DNA of 64,000 nt from an uncultured Planctomycetota bacterium (GCA_963737655.1 CAVTTN010000002.1:6624001-6688000), one strand, 5' to 3'. Shown: positions 38,795-49,719, counted from the stretch's first letter. Numbers and translations are program-made. The notes: a model not told the origin generated them from the letters alone.

Positions 38795-40495
38795 TCATCG
38801 CGAGAGTTCCGGGGCCCGCCGTCTGAGCTCCGCGGTCAGGTCCGGGAGTCGGTCCAAAAGCGTCATGTACCACTCGTAACGCTCCCGGAAGTGCGCCGAG
38901 AGGAGCCGATTCTCCGCCACGTAGCGATAGGCCGCCTCGGCGATCTCCCGGCGGCGCTCGCCGTCGTCGATCAATCGGCCGAGCCGGTCCTCGAACTCCT
39001 GGGGCGAGTCGAAGATCAGGCCGGTCTCGCCGTGGCGGATCGTCTCGGCGTAGACCGTCGGGCTGGCCAGCGCCACCACCCCGTTGGCCGCACTCTCGAC
39101 GAATTTCAGGTCCGACTTGCACGCGTTGAACGCCGAGGGGCTCAACGGCAACAGCGACACGTCGGCCGTCCTCAGGATCTCCTGATACCGCTCATACGGG
39201 CAGAACGGCTCGAAATCCTTGAACGGCGTGGCCAGCGCGTCGAAGAACGCCCGATCGTAGATCACCCGGACGCGGACCCGATTGCCGAACTCCTCCAGGA
39301 GGCGATTCAGAGGGGGGAGGATGTCGGCCCAGTCCTTCTCCCGGTTCAGGGCCCCGAAGAACAGGGTGACCGGGCCGGGTTCTCGGGGGCCTCGGGGCGG
39401 AGGCAGGGAGGCGACCTGATTGGCGAAGACCTTCACATGGGGGTTGGACTGCCGGATCTTCTCGGCCAGCCGCTCGGTCGAGGTCTGGACCGCGTGGCAG
39501 GCCGAGAACGTCAGGGAGCTGTGCTCGGCGATCGCCGGGAAGTGGTCCGGGTCGTCGTCGAACTCGGCCACGACGAGGTAGCCGCCGGCGATCAGGGCGG
39601 ACTGGGCCGAGAGGTTCTCGCGACCCAGCAAGATGTTCCTCTGGCGGACGAAGATCCGGGCCTCGTCGAGCCGGATCCCGCCCAGGGCCTTCGGGTCGGT
39701 CGCGGCGATCGTGCGGACTCCCGGGATCGTCCCGAGGAACACGTCGGGCTCCACCACGCGGACCCGGGCGCAGACCAGGGGCTCGGCGATCAGCGTCTGG
39801 ATCGCCAGCTTCCTCGGAGGCGCCTCGGACTTCACCGAGCGGACGATGAATTGAAGGGCGCCGGTCCGGGTCGCGAAGGCCGACGAGTCCAGGCCCAGGG
39901 CCTGGGCCACCGGGGCCATCAGCGCGAGGAACCGCTCGAAGCCGGGCGAGGGGAAGATTCGCGGCTGGATGTCGAAGACCTGCAACCCGGCCCCGGAAAA
40001 CAGCGACCGCATCTCCTGGACGGTGAAGAACCGCAGGTGAGTGCGGTCGAGCAGGCCCTCGTCCTGGTACTCCCACCGCCCTTGAAGGAGGCCGAGGATC
40101 ATCGACCAGTGCTGGACGTTCGGGATGCACGCCACCGCCTGGCCGCCCTCGCGCAACAGGGGCACGAGCCCGGCCAGGACGCCCCAGGGGTCGAGCATAT
40201 GCTCCAGGACGTCGCCGAAGACCAGGCAATCGACGGTCCCCACGGCGACGTCCAGCCCGTCGAGATCGAGGTTGGCGGCGTCGCCGACGGCCACGGCGTC
40301 GAGCCGTCCCCGGGCGACCTCGGCCGCCTCCTCGTTCGCCTCGATCCCGAGATAGCGGACCCGGGGATTGAGCCGTCGATAGCGATCGGCCAGCGCCCCG
40401 GTCCCGCACCCGACCTCCAGGACGGTCCTCGCGTCGGGCGGGATCACCCGGAGGAGGTCCGGGTTGACCCGGTCGTAATAGTCGGGGATGGCCAT
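38795..40495 (-). CDS. Class I SAM methyltransferase fused to a glycosyltransferase-like domain
   Basis: [17 protein letters not shown] and [12 protein letters not shown]-terminal [11 protein letters not shown]. Confidence 0.88.
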   Translation of the reverse strand: MAIPDYYDRVNPDLLRVIPPDARTVLEVGCGTGALADRYRRLNPRVRYLGIEANEEAAEVARGRLDAVAVGDAANLDLDGLDVAVGTVDCLVFGDVLEHMLDPWGVLAGLVPLLREGGQAVACIPNVQHWSMILGLLQGRWEYQDEGLLDRTHLRFFTVQEMRSLFSGAGLQVFDIQPRIFPSPGFERFLALMAPVAQALGLDSSAFATRTGALQFIVRSVKSEAPPRKLAIQTLIAEPLVCARVRVVEPDVFLGTIPGVRTIAATDPKALGGIRLDEARIFVRQRNILLGRENLSAQSALIAGGYLVVAEFDDDPDHFPAIAEHSSLTFSACHAVQTSTERLAEKIRQSNPHVKVFANQVASLPPPRGPREPGPVTLFFGALNREKDWADILPPLNRLLEEFGNRVRVRVIYDRAFFDALATPFKDFEPFCPYERYQEILRTADVSLLPLSPSAFNACKSDLKFVESAANGVVALASPTVYAETIRHGETGLIFDSPQEFEDRLGRLIDDGERRREIAEAAYRYVAENRLLSAHFRERYEWYMTLLDRLPDLTAELRRRAPELSR

Positions 40496-40600
40496 CGGTC
40501 GCGAGCACTCCGTCCGGCGGGGAGTCGTCCAGGATACGGAGCTCTCCGGGCCTCGACAAGTCGGCGGCCGCCGGTCTCGGCCGATCCGCCGTCGATCGTC

Positions 40601-41065
40601 TCAGAGCCAGCCCAGGGCGCGGAGGCCGGCCAGGTGCTTGCAAGGCGGGGCGCCGTCAATCTCCGCGACCTCGAAGGTCCATTCGGCGCAATCGCATCGG
40701 GTCGTCCCGTCGCGGAGCCGGGCCGCGTAATAGGGGCCATCCTCCGAGGCCGGCAGGCGGGTCAGCCTCCAGAGGACCGGCGCCAGGGCCGTCCCGGCGA
40801 TCCGCTCGACCCGGTAGGTCTTGCCGCCCAGGGGGATCAGGATCGCTTTCGGCCCGTCGGTCGCGGCCTCACCGAGGGTCAGGATCGTGGCCGGGGCCTC
40901 GTCCAGGGCGGCTTCCAGGGCCGACGACCCGAATTCGGCCCGGAGCCGGTCCCACGACCGCCTCGCCTCGTCCAGGGCATGGCGGAAGTGCCAGGTGGTC
41001 TCGTGGAAAGGCCCGAGCCGGGCCTCGGCAACCTGGAGATCGGCCGCCGCCACGTCCAGGATCAT
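40601..41065 (-). CDS. Protein with C-terminal SWIM-type Zn finger
   Basis: CDC..(x15)..CKH pattern; start uncertain. Confidence 0.75.
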   Translation of the reverse strand: MILDVAAADLQVAEARLGPFHETTWHFRHALDEARRSWDRLRAEFGSSALEAALDEAPATILTLGEAATDGPKAILIPLGGKTYRVERIAGTALAPVLWRLTRLPASEDGPYYAARLRDGTTRCDCAEWTFEVAEIDGAPPCKHLAGLRALGWL

Positions 41066-41536
41066 CCGACCCCTCTGCGCAGCTCGACCGACTTGAACGC
41101 CGGGTCCGAGCCGTCGAGGCGAGACGGCCAGGGCGATCGGCGAGACGGCGCGACCATCGACGGACCCCGAGCTCAGGACGCGAAAGGGGCCGAGTCGCGC
41201 GCGGATTCGGTCGGCACCAGGTGGACATAGGTCGGAGACGAACCGCCCCCCGCCTGACGGGCCGAGACGCGGTAGGCGCGACCACCCCGCGACATCCGAT
41301 CCCCCGGAGCCATCGTCTCGGCCGTTGCCAGGTCGCCGATCAGGCGGACCTCGCGGATCGTCGGCCCCGTGGTCCTGGGCCTTCTCCGCGGTCGTCGTGC
41401 TGGACTCGCCTGCGCGGAACTCGCCATCGCTTCCGCCCTCCATGCCGCCGGGCTCCGATCTCACGTTCAGGAGTGTACTGAACGCCAGAAAGGGAACGCA
41501 AGGGCATGGTGGACGGATTTTGCCGGTTTTTCCGGA

Positions 41537-41959
41537 TCAGTCGGCCGGGTGGCCGAGTCCGGCGGCGATCCGCTCCCGCATCCGCTCCATCTCGCCGTCG
41601 GCGTAGCTCGCGTGGGGCCACGGCCAGCGGACGGCGTCCCCGTCATATCGGGGAATGATGTGCCAGTGGACGTGATCGACGGTCTGACCGGCGATCCGGC
41701 CGTTGTTGGCGATCACGTTCAGGGCCTCGGCGCCGGTGGCCTCGCGGACGGCCCGGCAGAGCCGAGGGATCAGCGAGCCGAGATGCGCCGAAAGGTCGTC
41801 CGACAGGTCCGCCAGGACGGCGATCGGCTCCTTGGGGATCAGCAGGACGTGACCGTGGTTCACCGGGCTGATGTCCAGGAACGCCAGGGCCCGGTCGGTC
41901 TCCAGGACCTTCGCGCAGGGGATCTCTCCCCGGACGATCTTGGAAAAGATGGTGCTCAT
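41537..41959 (-). CDS. HIT family hydrolase
   Basis: TIFSKIVRGEIP and AGQTVDHVHWHIIPR. Confidence 0.96.
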   Translation of the reverse strand: MSTIFSKIVRGEIPCAKVLETDRALAFLDISPVNHGHVLLIPKEPIAVLADLSDDLSAHLGSLIPRLCRAVREATGAEALNVIANNGRIAGQTVDHVHWHIIPRYDGDAVRWPWPHASYADGEMERMRERIAAGLGHPAD

Positions 41960-41978
41960 GGCACCCCCATCGGTGGTA

Positions 41979-42064
41979 ACGGATCCACACGCATCAGAAC
42001 GAGGAATGAAGAGGGACCGGATTCTGATCCCCCTTCATCCCTCCGCGATCGCGTGTGGATCCGT
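41979..42064. repeat. Long imperfect hairpin between rplQ and the HIT gene
   Basis: ACGGATCCACACGC/GCGTGTGGATCCGT outer stem plus an imperfect inner stem (GAGGAATGAAGAGGGA / TCCCCCTTCATCCCTC). Confidence 0.75.
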
Positions 42065-42082
42065 GAAAAAGACGCCTCGCGA

Positions 42083-42496
42083 TCAGCTCGCCGAGGTGGC
42101 CAGCGCGGGGCGAACGGGCGACTTGACCTGCTCGGCCTCGCCCAGAAGGGCGATCACGGCCATCGGGGCGGCGTCGCCCTGGCGGACCTTGGCGAGCTTG
42201 TAAATGCGCGTGTAGCCGCCGGGCCGGGTGGCGTAGCGGGGGCCGATCTCGTGGAACAGCTTGAAGCAGACGTCCTTGCTCGTGAGGACGGCCAGGGCCC
42301 GGCGGAAGTTGTTCAGGTTGAAGCCGCCCCGGGCCAGGCTGATCAGCTTCTCGGTGAACGGTTGGACTTCCTTGGCCTTGGCCAGGGTCGTCTCGATCTT
42401 CCCGTGCTCCAGGAGCGAGGTGGCCAGGTTCCGGAGCATCATCCGCCGGTGGGACGGGCTCCTCTTGAACTTCCGGCCGGCTTTGCGGTGACGCAT
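42083..42496 (-). CDS. rplQ: 50S ribosomal protein L17
   Basis: MRHRKAGRK, TTLAKAKE and RPGGYTRI motifs. Confidence 0.98.
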   Translation of the reverse strand: MRHRKAGRKFKRSPSHRRMMLRNLATSLLEHGKIETTLAKAKEVQPFTEKLISLARGGFNLNNFRRALAVLTSKDVCFKLFHEIGPRYATRPGGYTRIYKLAKVRQGDAAPMAVIALLGEAEQVKSPVRPALATSAS

Positions 42497-42512
42497 GGCT
42501 CTCTCGGAAAAA

Positions 42513-42640
42513 AGTGGGCAGTGGGCAGTGGGCAGTGGGCGGTGGTAAGAAGGGAGGAGGAGAGCGGAGCCGGCCGAGTCCCAGGTTTTCCTGGCTGCCC
42601 ACTGCCCACTGCCCACTGCCCACTGCCCACTGCCCACTGC
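42513..42640. repeat. Heptamer (GTGGGCA) inverted-repeat hairpin
   Basis: About four GTGGGC[AG] units at 42514-42545 facing six CTGCCCA units at 42595-42640. Confidence 0.95.
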
Positions 42641-42645
42641 CTGCG

Positions 42646-43646
42646 TCAGGCCCCGGACTTCTGGGGCACGTGCATCCCGAGGTGCAGGCCGTGCTCTTCG
42701 AGCTTCGCCTTGACCTCGCGGAGGGTGGTCTCGCCGAAGTTGCGGACCGTCAGGAGCTGGTCCTCGCTGCGGGTGACCAGGTCGCGGACGGTGTTGATGC
42801 TCTCGGTCTCGAGGCAGTTCGTGGCCCGGACCGACAGTTCGAGCTCGGCCAGGCTCATGTTGAGCTTGCGTTCGAGCTCGGCGTCGATCGGGGCATCGCG
42901 GAAGCCGTCGCCCGCCGATCCGTCGGACGGCAGGCCGGGGCCCGGCTCGTAATACTGGACGAACGGGTTGAGGTGCTTCCGCAGGATCTTGGCCGCCTCG
43001 ACCAGGGCCATCTCGGGCCGAGGACGCCGGTGGTCCAGAGCTTCAGGATCAGCTTGTCGTAGTTGGTCCTCTGGCCCACTCGGGTGCTCACCACGTCGTA
43101 CTCGACGCGCTGGACCGGGGTGAAGATGGCGTCGATCGGGATCGCGCCGATCTCCAGGTCGTCGGTGTGCCCCTCGGCGGCCGTCCGATACCCCCGGCCG
43201 TTCTCGACGCTCATCTCGACGAGGAACGGGACGTCGTCGGTCAGGGTGCAGAGGATGTGGTCGGGGTTGATGATCTCGATCGACTCGTCGTGGAGGATGT
43301 CCGCGGCGGTCACCACCCCCCGACGATCGCGCTCGATCCGGATCGTCTTGGGCTGCTCGGAGTAGTTCTTGACCACGAGGAGCTTGAGGTTCAGGACGAG
43401 GTCGGTGATGTCCTCGACCATCCCGGGGATGGTGGAGAACTCGTGCTGGACGCCCTGGATTTTGATCTTGGTGACGGCGCTGCCCTCCAGGCTGGAGAGC
43501 AAGATCCGCCGAAGGCTATTGCCGACGGTGTGGCCGAAGCCGCGCTCGAACGGTTCGACATGGAATTCGCCGTAGGTGTCCGAAAGCTTCTCTTTGATGC
43601 AGAGGACACGGCTCGGAAGTTCGAGGCCACGCCAACGGATGCGCAT
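42646..43646 (-). CDS. rpoA: DNA-directed RNA polymerase subunit alpha (apparent frameshift at about 43016)
   Basis: [22 protein letters not shown]; the CTD ([17 protein letters not shown]) is in the next frame and one extra C restores [10 protein letters not shown]. Confidence 0.97.
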
Positions 43647-43666
43647 TGCGCTATGCTCCTAGCGAG

Positions 43667-43771
43667 TCGCGGTGGGCCGTGGGCGGTGGGTGGTGGGCAG
43701 TGAAGAGAAAGACGGAAACCGCTCGACATCCGCTTCACTACCCACTGCGTACTGCCCACGGCCCACCGCGA
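43667..43771. repeat. Heptamer (GTGGGCN) inverted-repeat hairpin, 39-bp imperfect stem
   Basis: 43667-43705 versus 43733-43771, 33/39 complementary. Confidence 0.93.
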
Positions 43772-43773
43772 GA

Positions 43774-44403
43774 TTAGCGACTCAGCAACTCGACGATCAA
43801 CTGCGGCGTGACGGGCAGGGAGATGTCCTGCTGGGCCGGGAGACGGGAGACGCGGCCCTCGGTCGGCTCGGCCCCGGCTCGGTCGAGCCAGTCAGGCACG
43901 GCGGGCATGCCTTCTTGCTCCAGGGCGGAGGTGGCGAGCTTCTTCGAGTGTTCGCGGTCCTTGATCGCCACGGCGTCTCCGGGCTTGACGAGATAGCTCG
44001 GGATGTCGAGCTTCTTGCCGTTCACGGTGACGTGGCCGTGGGTGATCATCTGCCGGGCCTGGGGCCGGCTGGTGGCGAACCCGAGGCGGGTCACGACGTT
44101 GTCCAGCCGCCGTTCGAGGATCGACATCAGCGCGTCGCCGGTATTGCCGGGACGGCGGCTGGCCATCTCGAAATACTTGCGGAACTGCCGCTCGAAGATC
44201 CCGTAGAACCGCTTGACCTTCTGCTTCTCGCGGAGCCGGATCGAGTATTCGCTGGCCTTGCCCCGGCGGAACTGGTGCATCCCCGGGACCCCCTCGCGGC
44301 GCTCGACGGCGCACTTGGGGCTATCGCATCGGCTGCCCTTCAAGAAGAGCTTCAGGCCCTCTCGGCGGCAGAGTCGGCAGACCGGACCGGTGTGGCGTCC
44401 CAT
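43774..44403 (-). CDS. rpsD: 30S ribosomal protein S4 (Cys-containing form)
   Basis: [18 protein letters not shown] and [12 protein letters not shown] motifs. Confidence 0.99.
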   Translation of the reverse strand: MGRHTGPVCRLCRREGLKLFLKGSRCDSPKCAVERREGVPGMHQFRRGKASEYSIRLREKQKVKRFYGIFERQFRKYFEMASRRPGNTGDALMSILERRLDNVVTRLGFATSRPQARQMITHGHVTVNGKKLDIPSYLVKPGDAVAIKDREHSKKLATSALEQEGMPAVPDWLDRAGAEPTEGRVSRLPAQQDISLPVTPQLIVELLSR

Positions 44404-44422
44404 ATCTCTCGCTTCGCTGGTG

Positions 44423-44526
44423 GTCAGTTGTCGGTTGTCAGGGATCGGTTGTCAGTCAGGCCAGTCGGGGCAGTCGGAGCGTCATCGCCCTCTCCGCCCG
44501 GGGACTGACAACGGAAAACTGACAAC
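44423..44526. repeat. Heptamer (GTTGTCA-type) inverted-repeat hairpin
   Basis: GTCAGTT/GTCGGTT units at 44423-44457 facing GACTGACAAC..AACTGACAAC at 44503-44526. Confidence 0.85.
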
Positions 44527-44534
44527 TCCGGGAT

Positions 44535-44915
44535 TCAGACCCGCCGCTTCTTGGGAGGGCGGCAGCCGTTGTGCGGCAGGGGGGTGACGTCCTCGATGGC
44601 CTTGATCGAGAGGCCCGAAGCCTGGAGCGCCGTGATGGCGCTCTCGCGGCCGGAGCCGGGGCCCTTGACCTTGACCTCGACCTCCTTGACGCCGAACTTG
44701 GTGGCCGAGGAGGCGGCCGTCTCGGCGGCTCGCTGGGCGGCGAACGGAGTGCTCTTGCGGCTCCCCTTGAAGCCGACCGTGCCGCTGGAGGCCCAGCACA
44801 GGGCGTCGCCGTTGGGGTCGGTGATGGTCACGATCGTGTTATTGAACGTCGCCTTGATGTAGACGACGGCCCGGCTCACGTTCCGTCGCGTCTTTCGCTT
44901 CTTGGCCTTGGCCAC
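44535..44915 (-). CDS. rpsK: 30S ribosomal protein S11
   Basis: [20 protein letters not shown] and [12 protein letters not shown] motifs. Confidence 0.99.
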   Translation of the reverse strand: MAKAKKRKTRRNVSRAVVYIKATFNNTIVTITDPNGDALCWASSGTVGFKGSRKSTPFAAQRAAETAASSATKFGVKEVEVKVKGPGSGRESAITALQASGLSIKAIEDVTPLPHNGCRPPKKRRV

Positions 44916-45095
44916 GGGTCCGGCGCTCCCGACTTCTGGGGGTCTTGTCGCGGTTCGAGGATGGTGTTCTTGAGACGAAGGCGACGACCGGGCCCGGGGT
45001 GGGCCGGTCGTCGTTCGAGGGCGAGTGGACAGGAAGTTGTCGAGCCGACCGGCGATCGCGCGGGGGCCGGTCGTCCTCCTCCCGGGTCCGAGGCG

Positions 45096-45479
45096 TTACC
45101 TCATCTCCTTGACGCCCTTCTTGCCCGCGACCGTCTTCCTCGGCCCCTTGCGGGTCCGGGCGTTGGTCCGGGTCCTCTGGCCGTGGACGGGCAAGCTCTT
45201 GCGATGCCTCATCCCGCGATAGCAGCCGATGTCGCGGAGCCGGGCGATGTTCTGCTGGACCTGGCGGCGGAGCTGACCTTCGACGGTGTACTCGTTGTCC
45301 AGCAAGCCGGTGATCTTCGCCAGCTCGTCCTCGGTCAGGTCGCGGGCCCGCTTGTCCGGGTCCACGGACGCCCGTTCGCACAGTTGGTTGGCCAGGAACG
45401 GCCCGATCCCGTAGATATAGCGCAGGGAGATCACCGTGCGCTTATCGTTGGGGATGTCCACACCCAGAATACGAGGCAT
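45096..45479 (-). CDS. rpsM: 30S ribosomal protein S13
   Basis: [28 protein letters not shown]. Confidence 0.99.
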   Translation of the reverse strand: MPRILGVDIPNDKRTVISLRYIYGIGPFLANQLCERASVDPDKRARDLTEDELAKITGLLDNEYTVEGQLRRQVQQNIARLRDIGCYRGMRHRKSLPVHGQRTRTNARTRKGPRKTVAGKKGVKEMR

Positions 45480-45525
45480 CCGTCCCGGTCTCCCGTGCTT
45501 TCGAATCCCAAATGGTGGCTGGCGA

Positions 45526-45642
45526 TCAACCCTGCCGCTGCTTGTGCTTGGGGTTGACCGAGCAGATCACGAAGAGCTTCCGCCGCCTCTTCACGACCTT
45601 GCAGTGTTCGCAGATCCGCTTGACGCTGGCTCGAACTTTCAT
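45526..45642 (-). CDS. rpmJ: 50S ribosomal protein L36 (Zn-binding form)
   Basis: [38 protein letters not shown]. Confidence 0.98.
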   Translation of the reverse strand: MKVRASVKRICEHCKVVKRRRKLFVICSVNPKHKQRQG

Positions 45643-45810
45643 GACCCTGTCCGCCCGCTGTTCCGTACCGAACCGATCCGATCCCTCGCGACGAGGCGAG
45701 GGACTCGCCGAGACCGTCCGACGCTGCGGCCGGGGTCGAATTCCGACCAAGATAGCGTCCGGTCCCGCGATCCGCAAGTCCCCTCCGGCCGATTTTTCCC
45801 GATCGGCCGG

Positions 45811-46623
45811 TCAATCCTCCAAATACGTCAAGACCCGAGGGCCCTCGGGCGTCACGGCGACGGTGTGCTCGAAGTGGGCGCTGGCCTTGAGGTCCTTGGT
45901 CACGACGGTCCAGCCGTCGTCCAGGGTCTTCACGTCCTTGGTGCCCAGGGCCACCATCGGCTCGATCGCCAGGACCACGCCGGGCTCGAGCCGGATGTCC
46001 TGCTTCTTCAGCGCCTTGCTGACGAAGTTCGGGACCTGCGGCTCTTCGTGCATGTCCTGGCCGATCCCGTGGCCGACGAATTTCTCGACGACGTACATCC
46101 CCTGGCTCTTGACGAACTTCTCCATCAGGCCGGCGACCTCGGACCAGTACCGGGCCCGCCCCATGGCGCGGATGGCCAGGTCCAGCGTCTGCTGGGTGAC
46201 CTCCAGGAGCTTCCTCATCGGCGGCGCGACCTGGCCGATCGCCAGGGTCACGGCCGAGTCGCCGCACCAGCCGTTGAGCTTGCACCCGGTGTCGATCGAC
46301 AGGACGTCCCCCTCGCGGAGGACTTTTTTCATCGACGGGATGCCGTGGACGACCTGCTCGTTCACGCTGGCGCAGACGACGGCGGGGAAGGGGGGTTTCC
46401 CCTTGACCGTGCTCGGGACCCCTCGGAACAGGGGCACCGCGCCGAACTCCCGGAACGTGTCGGCCGCCAGGGCGTCCAGCTCCCCGGTGGTCGATCCCGG
46501 CACCGCGGCCTTCGTGATCCGGTCCAGAGCGATGGCGACGACCCGGCCCGCCTCGCGCATGAGGTCCATCTCGCGAGGGCTCTTGAGCTTGATGACCTTG
46601 GGCGTCTCTCGGGGGCGTAGCAT
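45811..46623 (-). CDS. map: Type I methionine aminopeptidase
   Basis: SVNEQVVHGIP, GHGIG..MHEEP, AIEPM and SAHFEHT motifs. Confidence 0.98.
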   Translation of the reverse strand: MLRPRETPKVIKLKSPREMDLMREAGRVVAIALDRITKAAVPGSTTGELDALAADTFREFGAVPLFRGVPSTVKGKPPFPAVVCASVNEQVVHGIPSMKKVLREGDVLSIDTGCKLNGWCGDSAVTLAIGQVAPPMRKLLEVTQQTLDLAIRAMGRARYWSEVAGLMEKFVKSQGMYVVEKFVGHGIGQDMHEEPQVPNFVSKALKKQDIRLEPGVVLAIEPMVALGTKDVKTLDDGWTVVTKDLKASAHFEHTVAVTPEGPRVLTYLED

Positions 46624-46627
46624 GGTC

Positions 46628-48007
46628 TTATCGCTTGCTCATCAGGCCGCTGTAATTCCGCATGATCAGGTGGCTGTCGATCTTCTGGACCAGGTCCAGG
46701 CAGACGCTGATGACGATCAGGAGGCCCGTGCCGCCCAGGAACGACGCCACGGCGAACTCGACGTGGAACTGGCTCTGGACGACCGAGGGGATCACGGCCA
46801 CGAGGCTCAGGAAGGCCGCCCCGACGAACGTGATCCTGAGCATGACCTTCTCCAGGTAGTCGGCCGTCCGCCGTCCGGGCCGATATCCCGGGATGAAGCT
46901 GCCGTAGTCCTTCAGGTTCTCGGACATGTCCTTCGGGTTGAAGGTGATGGCCGTCCAGAAGTAGCAGAAGAAGTAGATCAGGGTGATGTAGAACAGGGTA
47001 TAGACATACCCGTGAGACTGGAAGGCCGTCTCCCCCACGTGGAACAGGCCGGCGAAGAACCGGGCGACGCCCGAGCCGGTGGTCCTCCACGAGGCGGTGG
47101 CGTCGGCCAGGAACTTGAGGATCACGTAGGGGAACATCAGCAGGCTGGAGGCGAAGATGATCGGCATGACGCCGGCCTGGTTGACCTTCAGCGGCAGATA
47201 CTGCTTCGTCCCGCCGTAGACCCGCCGCCCCCGGACGTGCTTGGCCGACTGGGTGGGGATTCGCCTCTGGCTCTCGGTGATCGCGATCACGCCGACGACC
47301 ACCGCCACGAAGAGTGCCGCAAGGAGCAGGAGGACGATTACTCCGAACTTCCCGCTCTCGCCCGTGAGGCTCGGCGTGGCGTTGGACAGCAGGGTGTAGA
47401 GGGCCTGGGGCATCCGGGCGAGGATCCCGGCCATGATCAGGAGGCTGATCCCGTTGCCGATCCCGTACTCGTCGATCTGCTCGCCGATCCACATCAGGAA
47501 GATGGTCCCGGCCGTCATGATCAGGACGCAGACGATCCCGGACCACAGATTATTATAGCCGGGCAGGGCCACATTCATGCCCTCCGGGTTCATCATGTAC
47601 CGGACCCACATCGCGCTCTGGCCTATACACAAAAAGACGGTGGCGTATCGCGTGTATTCGTTGATCCGTTTCCGGCCGCTTTCCCCTTCCTTCATCATGG
47701 CTTCGAGGGAGGGGACGACGCTGCCGAGGAGCTGGAAGATGATCGAGGCCGAGATGTACGGCATGATCCCGAGGCCGAAGATCGTGCTCATGCCGATCTG
47801 GGTGCCGCCGAACATGGCCACGGTGCCGAAGACCCGGCCGGCGACGTTGTTGTTCAGGTTCTCCTGCCACTTCTCCAGCTTGCTCTGGTCCACGACGGGC
47901 AGAGGGATGTAGAAGCCGATCCGATAGATGGCCAGGAACATGGCCGTCATCAGGATCTTCCGCTGGAGCTCGGGGACCTTGAACAGGATCGTGTAGAGCT
48001 TTTGCAC
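46628..48007 (-). CDS. secY: Preprotein translocase subunit SecY
   Basis: LGIMPYISASII, GIGNGISL, NQAGVMPIIFA and FIPGYRPG motifs; GTG start. Confidence 0.99.
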   Translation of the reverse strand: MQKLYTILFKVPELQRKILMTAMFLAIYRIGFYIPLPVVDQSKLEKWQENLNNNVAGRVFGTVAMFGGTQIGMSTIFGLGIMPYISASIIFQLLGSVVPSLEAMMKEGESGRKRINEYTRYATVFLCIGQSAMWVRYMMNPEGMNVALPGYNNLWSGIVCVLIMTAGTIFLMWIGEQIDEYGIGNGISLLIMAGILARMPQALYTLLSNATPSLTGESGKFGVIVLLLLAALFVAVVVGVIAITESQRRIPTQSAKHVRGRRVYGGTKQYLPLKVNQAGVMPIIFASSLLMFPYVILKFLADATASWRTTGSGVARFFAGLFHVGETAFQSHGYVYTLFYITLIYFFCYFWTAITFNPKDMSENLKDYGSFIPGYRPGRRTADYLEKVMLRITFVGAAFLSLVAVIPSVVQSQFHVEFAVASFLGGTGLLIVISVCLDLVQKIDSHLIMRNYSGLMSKR

Positions 48008-48045
48008 GAGAGGGCCTCGGATGGGTCGGCCTGGGGCCGGACGGG

Positions 48046-48404
48046 TCAGGGGCGCCTACCCCGTTGGCGATCGCCTCGGCGATTTCGAGGGTCTGATCGT
48101 CGGTGATCATGCCGAGCCGGTGACGGAAACGCAGGAGAGAGACGGACTTAACCTGGAACGTATCGAAAGCCGAGTCTTTCCGCAGGCCGTTCTCGGGCGA
48201 CGCCGGCAGGAAGACGATCCAGGACAGGGAGGCGAAGGACGGCCTCCAATCGGTGAGCGGGACGACCACGCGGAGAGGGAGGAGGCGGACGACGTCGATG
48301 TTCAGGACGACCGCCGGACGGACTTTGCGGATCTCCGCACCGACGGCCGGTTCGAATTCGACCAGCCAGACCTCAGAGCGTCTCGGAGGAGGAACTCTCA
48401 CCAT
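48046..48404 (-). CDS. PemK/MazF family toxin (stop codon out of frame by one base as assembled)
   Basis: EVWLVEFEP..G.EIRKVRPAVV, VVPLT and ENGL.KDS; adding one C at 48049-48052 gives GVGAP* just before secY. Confidence 0.88.
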
Positions 48405-48594
48405 AGAAGTCGTCGGGCCCGTAATCACAAGTAAGGTCGGTCAACTCGGGATTGTCCCGGTAGATGGCCACGGCCAGCTTGGCCTGCTCCTCCAGGATCC
48501 GATGCCGTTCCTCGAGAGGGAGCTTGCGAAGCTCCGAGGCGGAGATTCGTCGAGGAGTGGCCGACGCTTCCGAGGGCTTGGTCAGATCATTCAT
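48373..48594 (-). CDS. Putative cognate antitoxin
   Basis: 73-aa ORF with acidic C-terminus, directly upstream of and overlapping the toxin start. Confidence 0.72.
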   Translation of the reverse strand: MNDLTKPSEASATPRRISASELRKLPLEERHRILEEQAKLAVAIYRDNPELTDLTCDYGPDDFYGESSSSETL

Positions 48595-48619
48595 GGCGAG
48601 TCCCCCACGATAGGACGCC

Positions 48620-49069
48620 TCAGCCGACCACGATCGCCTTGCCTCCGGCGGCCTCGATCTTCTTGACCGCGCCTTCGGAGAACTTGTGGGCATGGACGGT
48701 CAGGGGCTTGGTCAGCTCGCCGTCGCCGAGGATCTTCACGCCGTCGACGTGCCGTCCCTTGACGATCCCGACGGCCCTCAGCGCGGCCTCATCGACCGTG
48801 GCCCCGGCGTCGAAGGTTTCGAGCTTCTCGACGTTGAACGTGGCGTAGTCCTTGCGGAACTTGCCGTTGTTGAAGCCTCGCTTGGGGACGCGACGGATGA
48901 TGGGCATCTGCCCGCCTTCCATCAGGGGGTTCTGCTTGTACCCCTGGCGGGAGGAATGCCCCTTGTGCCCCTTGCCGGCGGTCTTGCCGTTGCCGGAACC
49001 CACGCCTCGGCCGATCCGCTTGGGTCTCTTGTGCTTGTGCACACCGACGTGGACGTCGTGGAGTTGCAT
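48620..49069 (-). CDS. rplO: 50S ribosomal protein L15
   Basis: RIGRG.GSG.GKTAGKGHKG, EGGQMP..RR.PKRGF. Confidence 0.98.
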   Translation of the reverse strand: MQLHDVHVGVHKHKRPKRIGRGVGSGNGKTAGKGHKGHSSRQGYKQNPLMEGGQMPIIRRVPKRGFNNGKFRKDYATFNVEKLETFDAGATVDEAALRAVGIVKGRHVDGVKILGDGELTKPLTVHAHKFSEGAVKKIEAAGGKAIVVG

Positions 49070-49560
49070 CAGAGGGTCACTCCCCGCAGACGAGCGACTT
49101 CGTCCTTCGTCCGCAGTTGCTTCAGGGCGTCGATCGCCGCCTTGACGAGGTTGAGCTTGTTGGTGGAGCCGTAGCTCTTGGTGAGGATGTCGGTGATCCC
49201 GGCGGCCTGGACGACCGCACGGACGGCCCCTCCGGCGATCACGCCCGTGCCGGGGCTGGCCGGCAGCATCACGACCCGGGCCGCGCCGAACTTGCCGATC
49301 ACGCGATGGGGGATCGACCCGCCCCGGAGGTTCACGCGGTTCATCTGCTTGTGGGCGTCCTTGACGCCCTTCTCGACCGACGGCGGGACTTCGTTGGCCT
49401 TGCCGTAGCCCCAGGCCACCTGCCCCCGGCCGTTGCCGACGACGACCAGCGCGTTGAAGCTGAACCTTCGGCCGCCCTTGACGACCGCCGCGCACCGGCG
49501 GATCGCCACGACGCTCTCGCTCCATTCGCCTCGGTCGCGGTCACGATTATCGCTGGACAC
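49069..49560 (-). CDS. rpsE: 30S ribosomal protein S5
   Basis: [27 protein letters not shown] start. Confidence 0.99.
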   Translation of the reverse strand: MSSDNRDRDRGEWSESVVAIRRCAAVVKGGRRFSFNALVVVGNGRGQVAWGYGKANEVPPSVEKGVKDAHKQMNRVNLRGGSIPHRVIGKFGAARVVMLPASPGTGVIAGGAVRAVVQAAGITDILTKSYGSTNKLNLVKAAIDALKQLRTKDEVARLRGVTL

Positions 49561-49584
49561 GGGTCACCCTTCAGTCTGTCGGGA

Positions 49585-49708
49585 GTGGGCAGTGGGCAGT
49601 GGGCCGTGGGCAGCGAGAAGACAGGGGATGACCGAAGAGGAAGAAGACGGGGCCGATCGCGACCGGCCGCATTCCTCAACTGCCCACTGCCCACTGCCCA
49701 CTGCCCAC
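49585..49708. repeat. Heptamer (GTGGGCA) inverted-repeat hairpin
   Basis: 49585-49613 versus 49680-49708, 28/29 complementary, 66-nt spacer. Confidence 0.95.
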
Positions 49709-49719
49709 GTCTCGAGTTC

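Noticed and set aside
42646..43030. Separately encoded alpha-CTD
   Set aside because: One added C in a C run restores a continuous [10 protein letters not shown].
47553..48045. MazF with a long extension overlapping secY
   Set aside because: The extension is low-complexity off-frame sequence; one added C puts TGA at the expected end.
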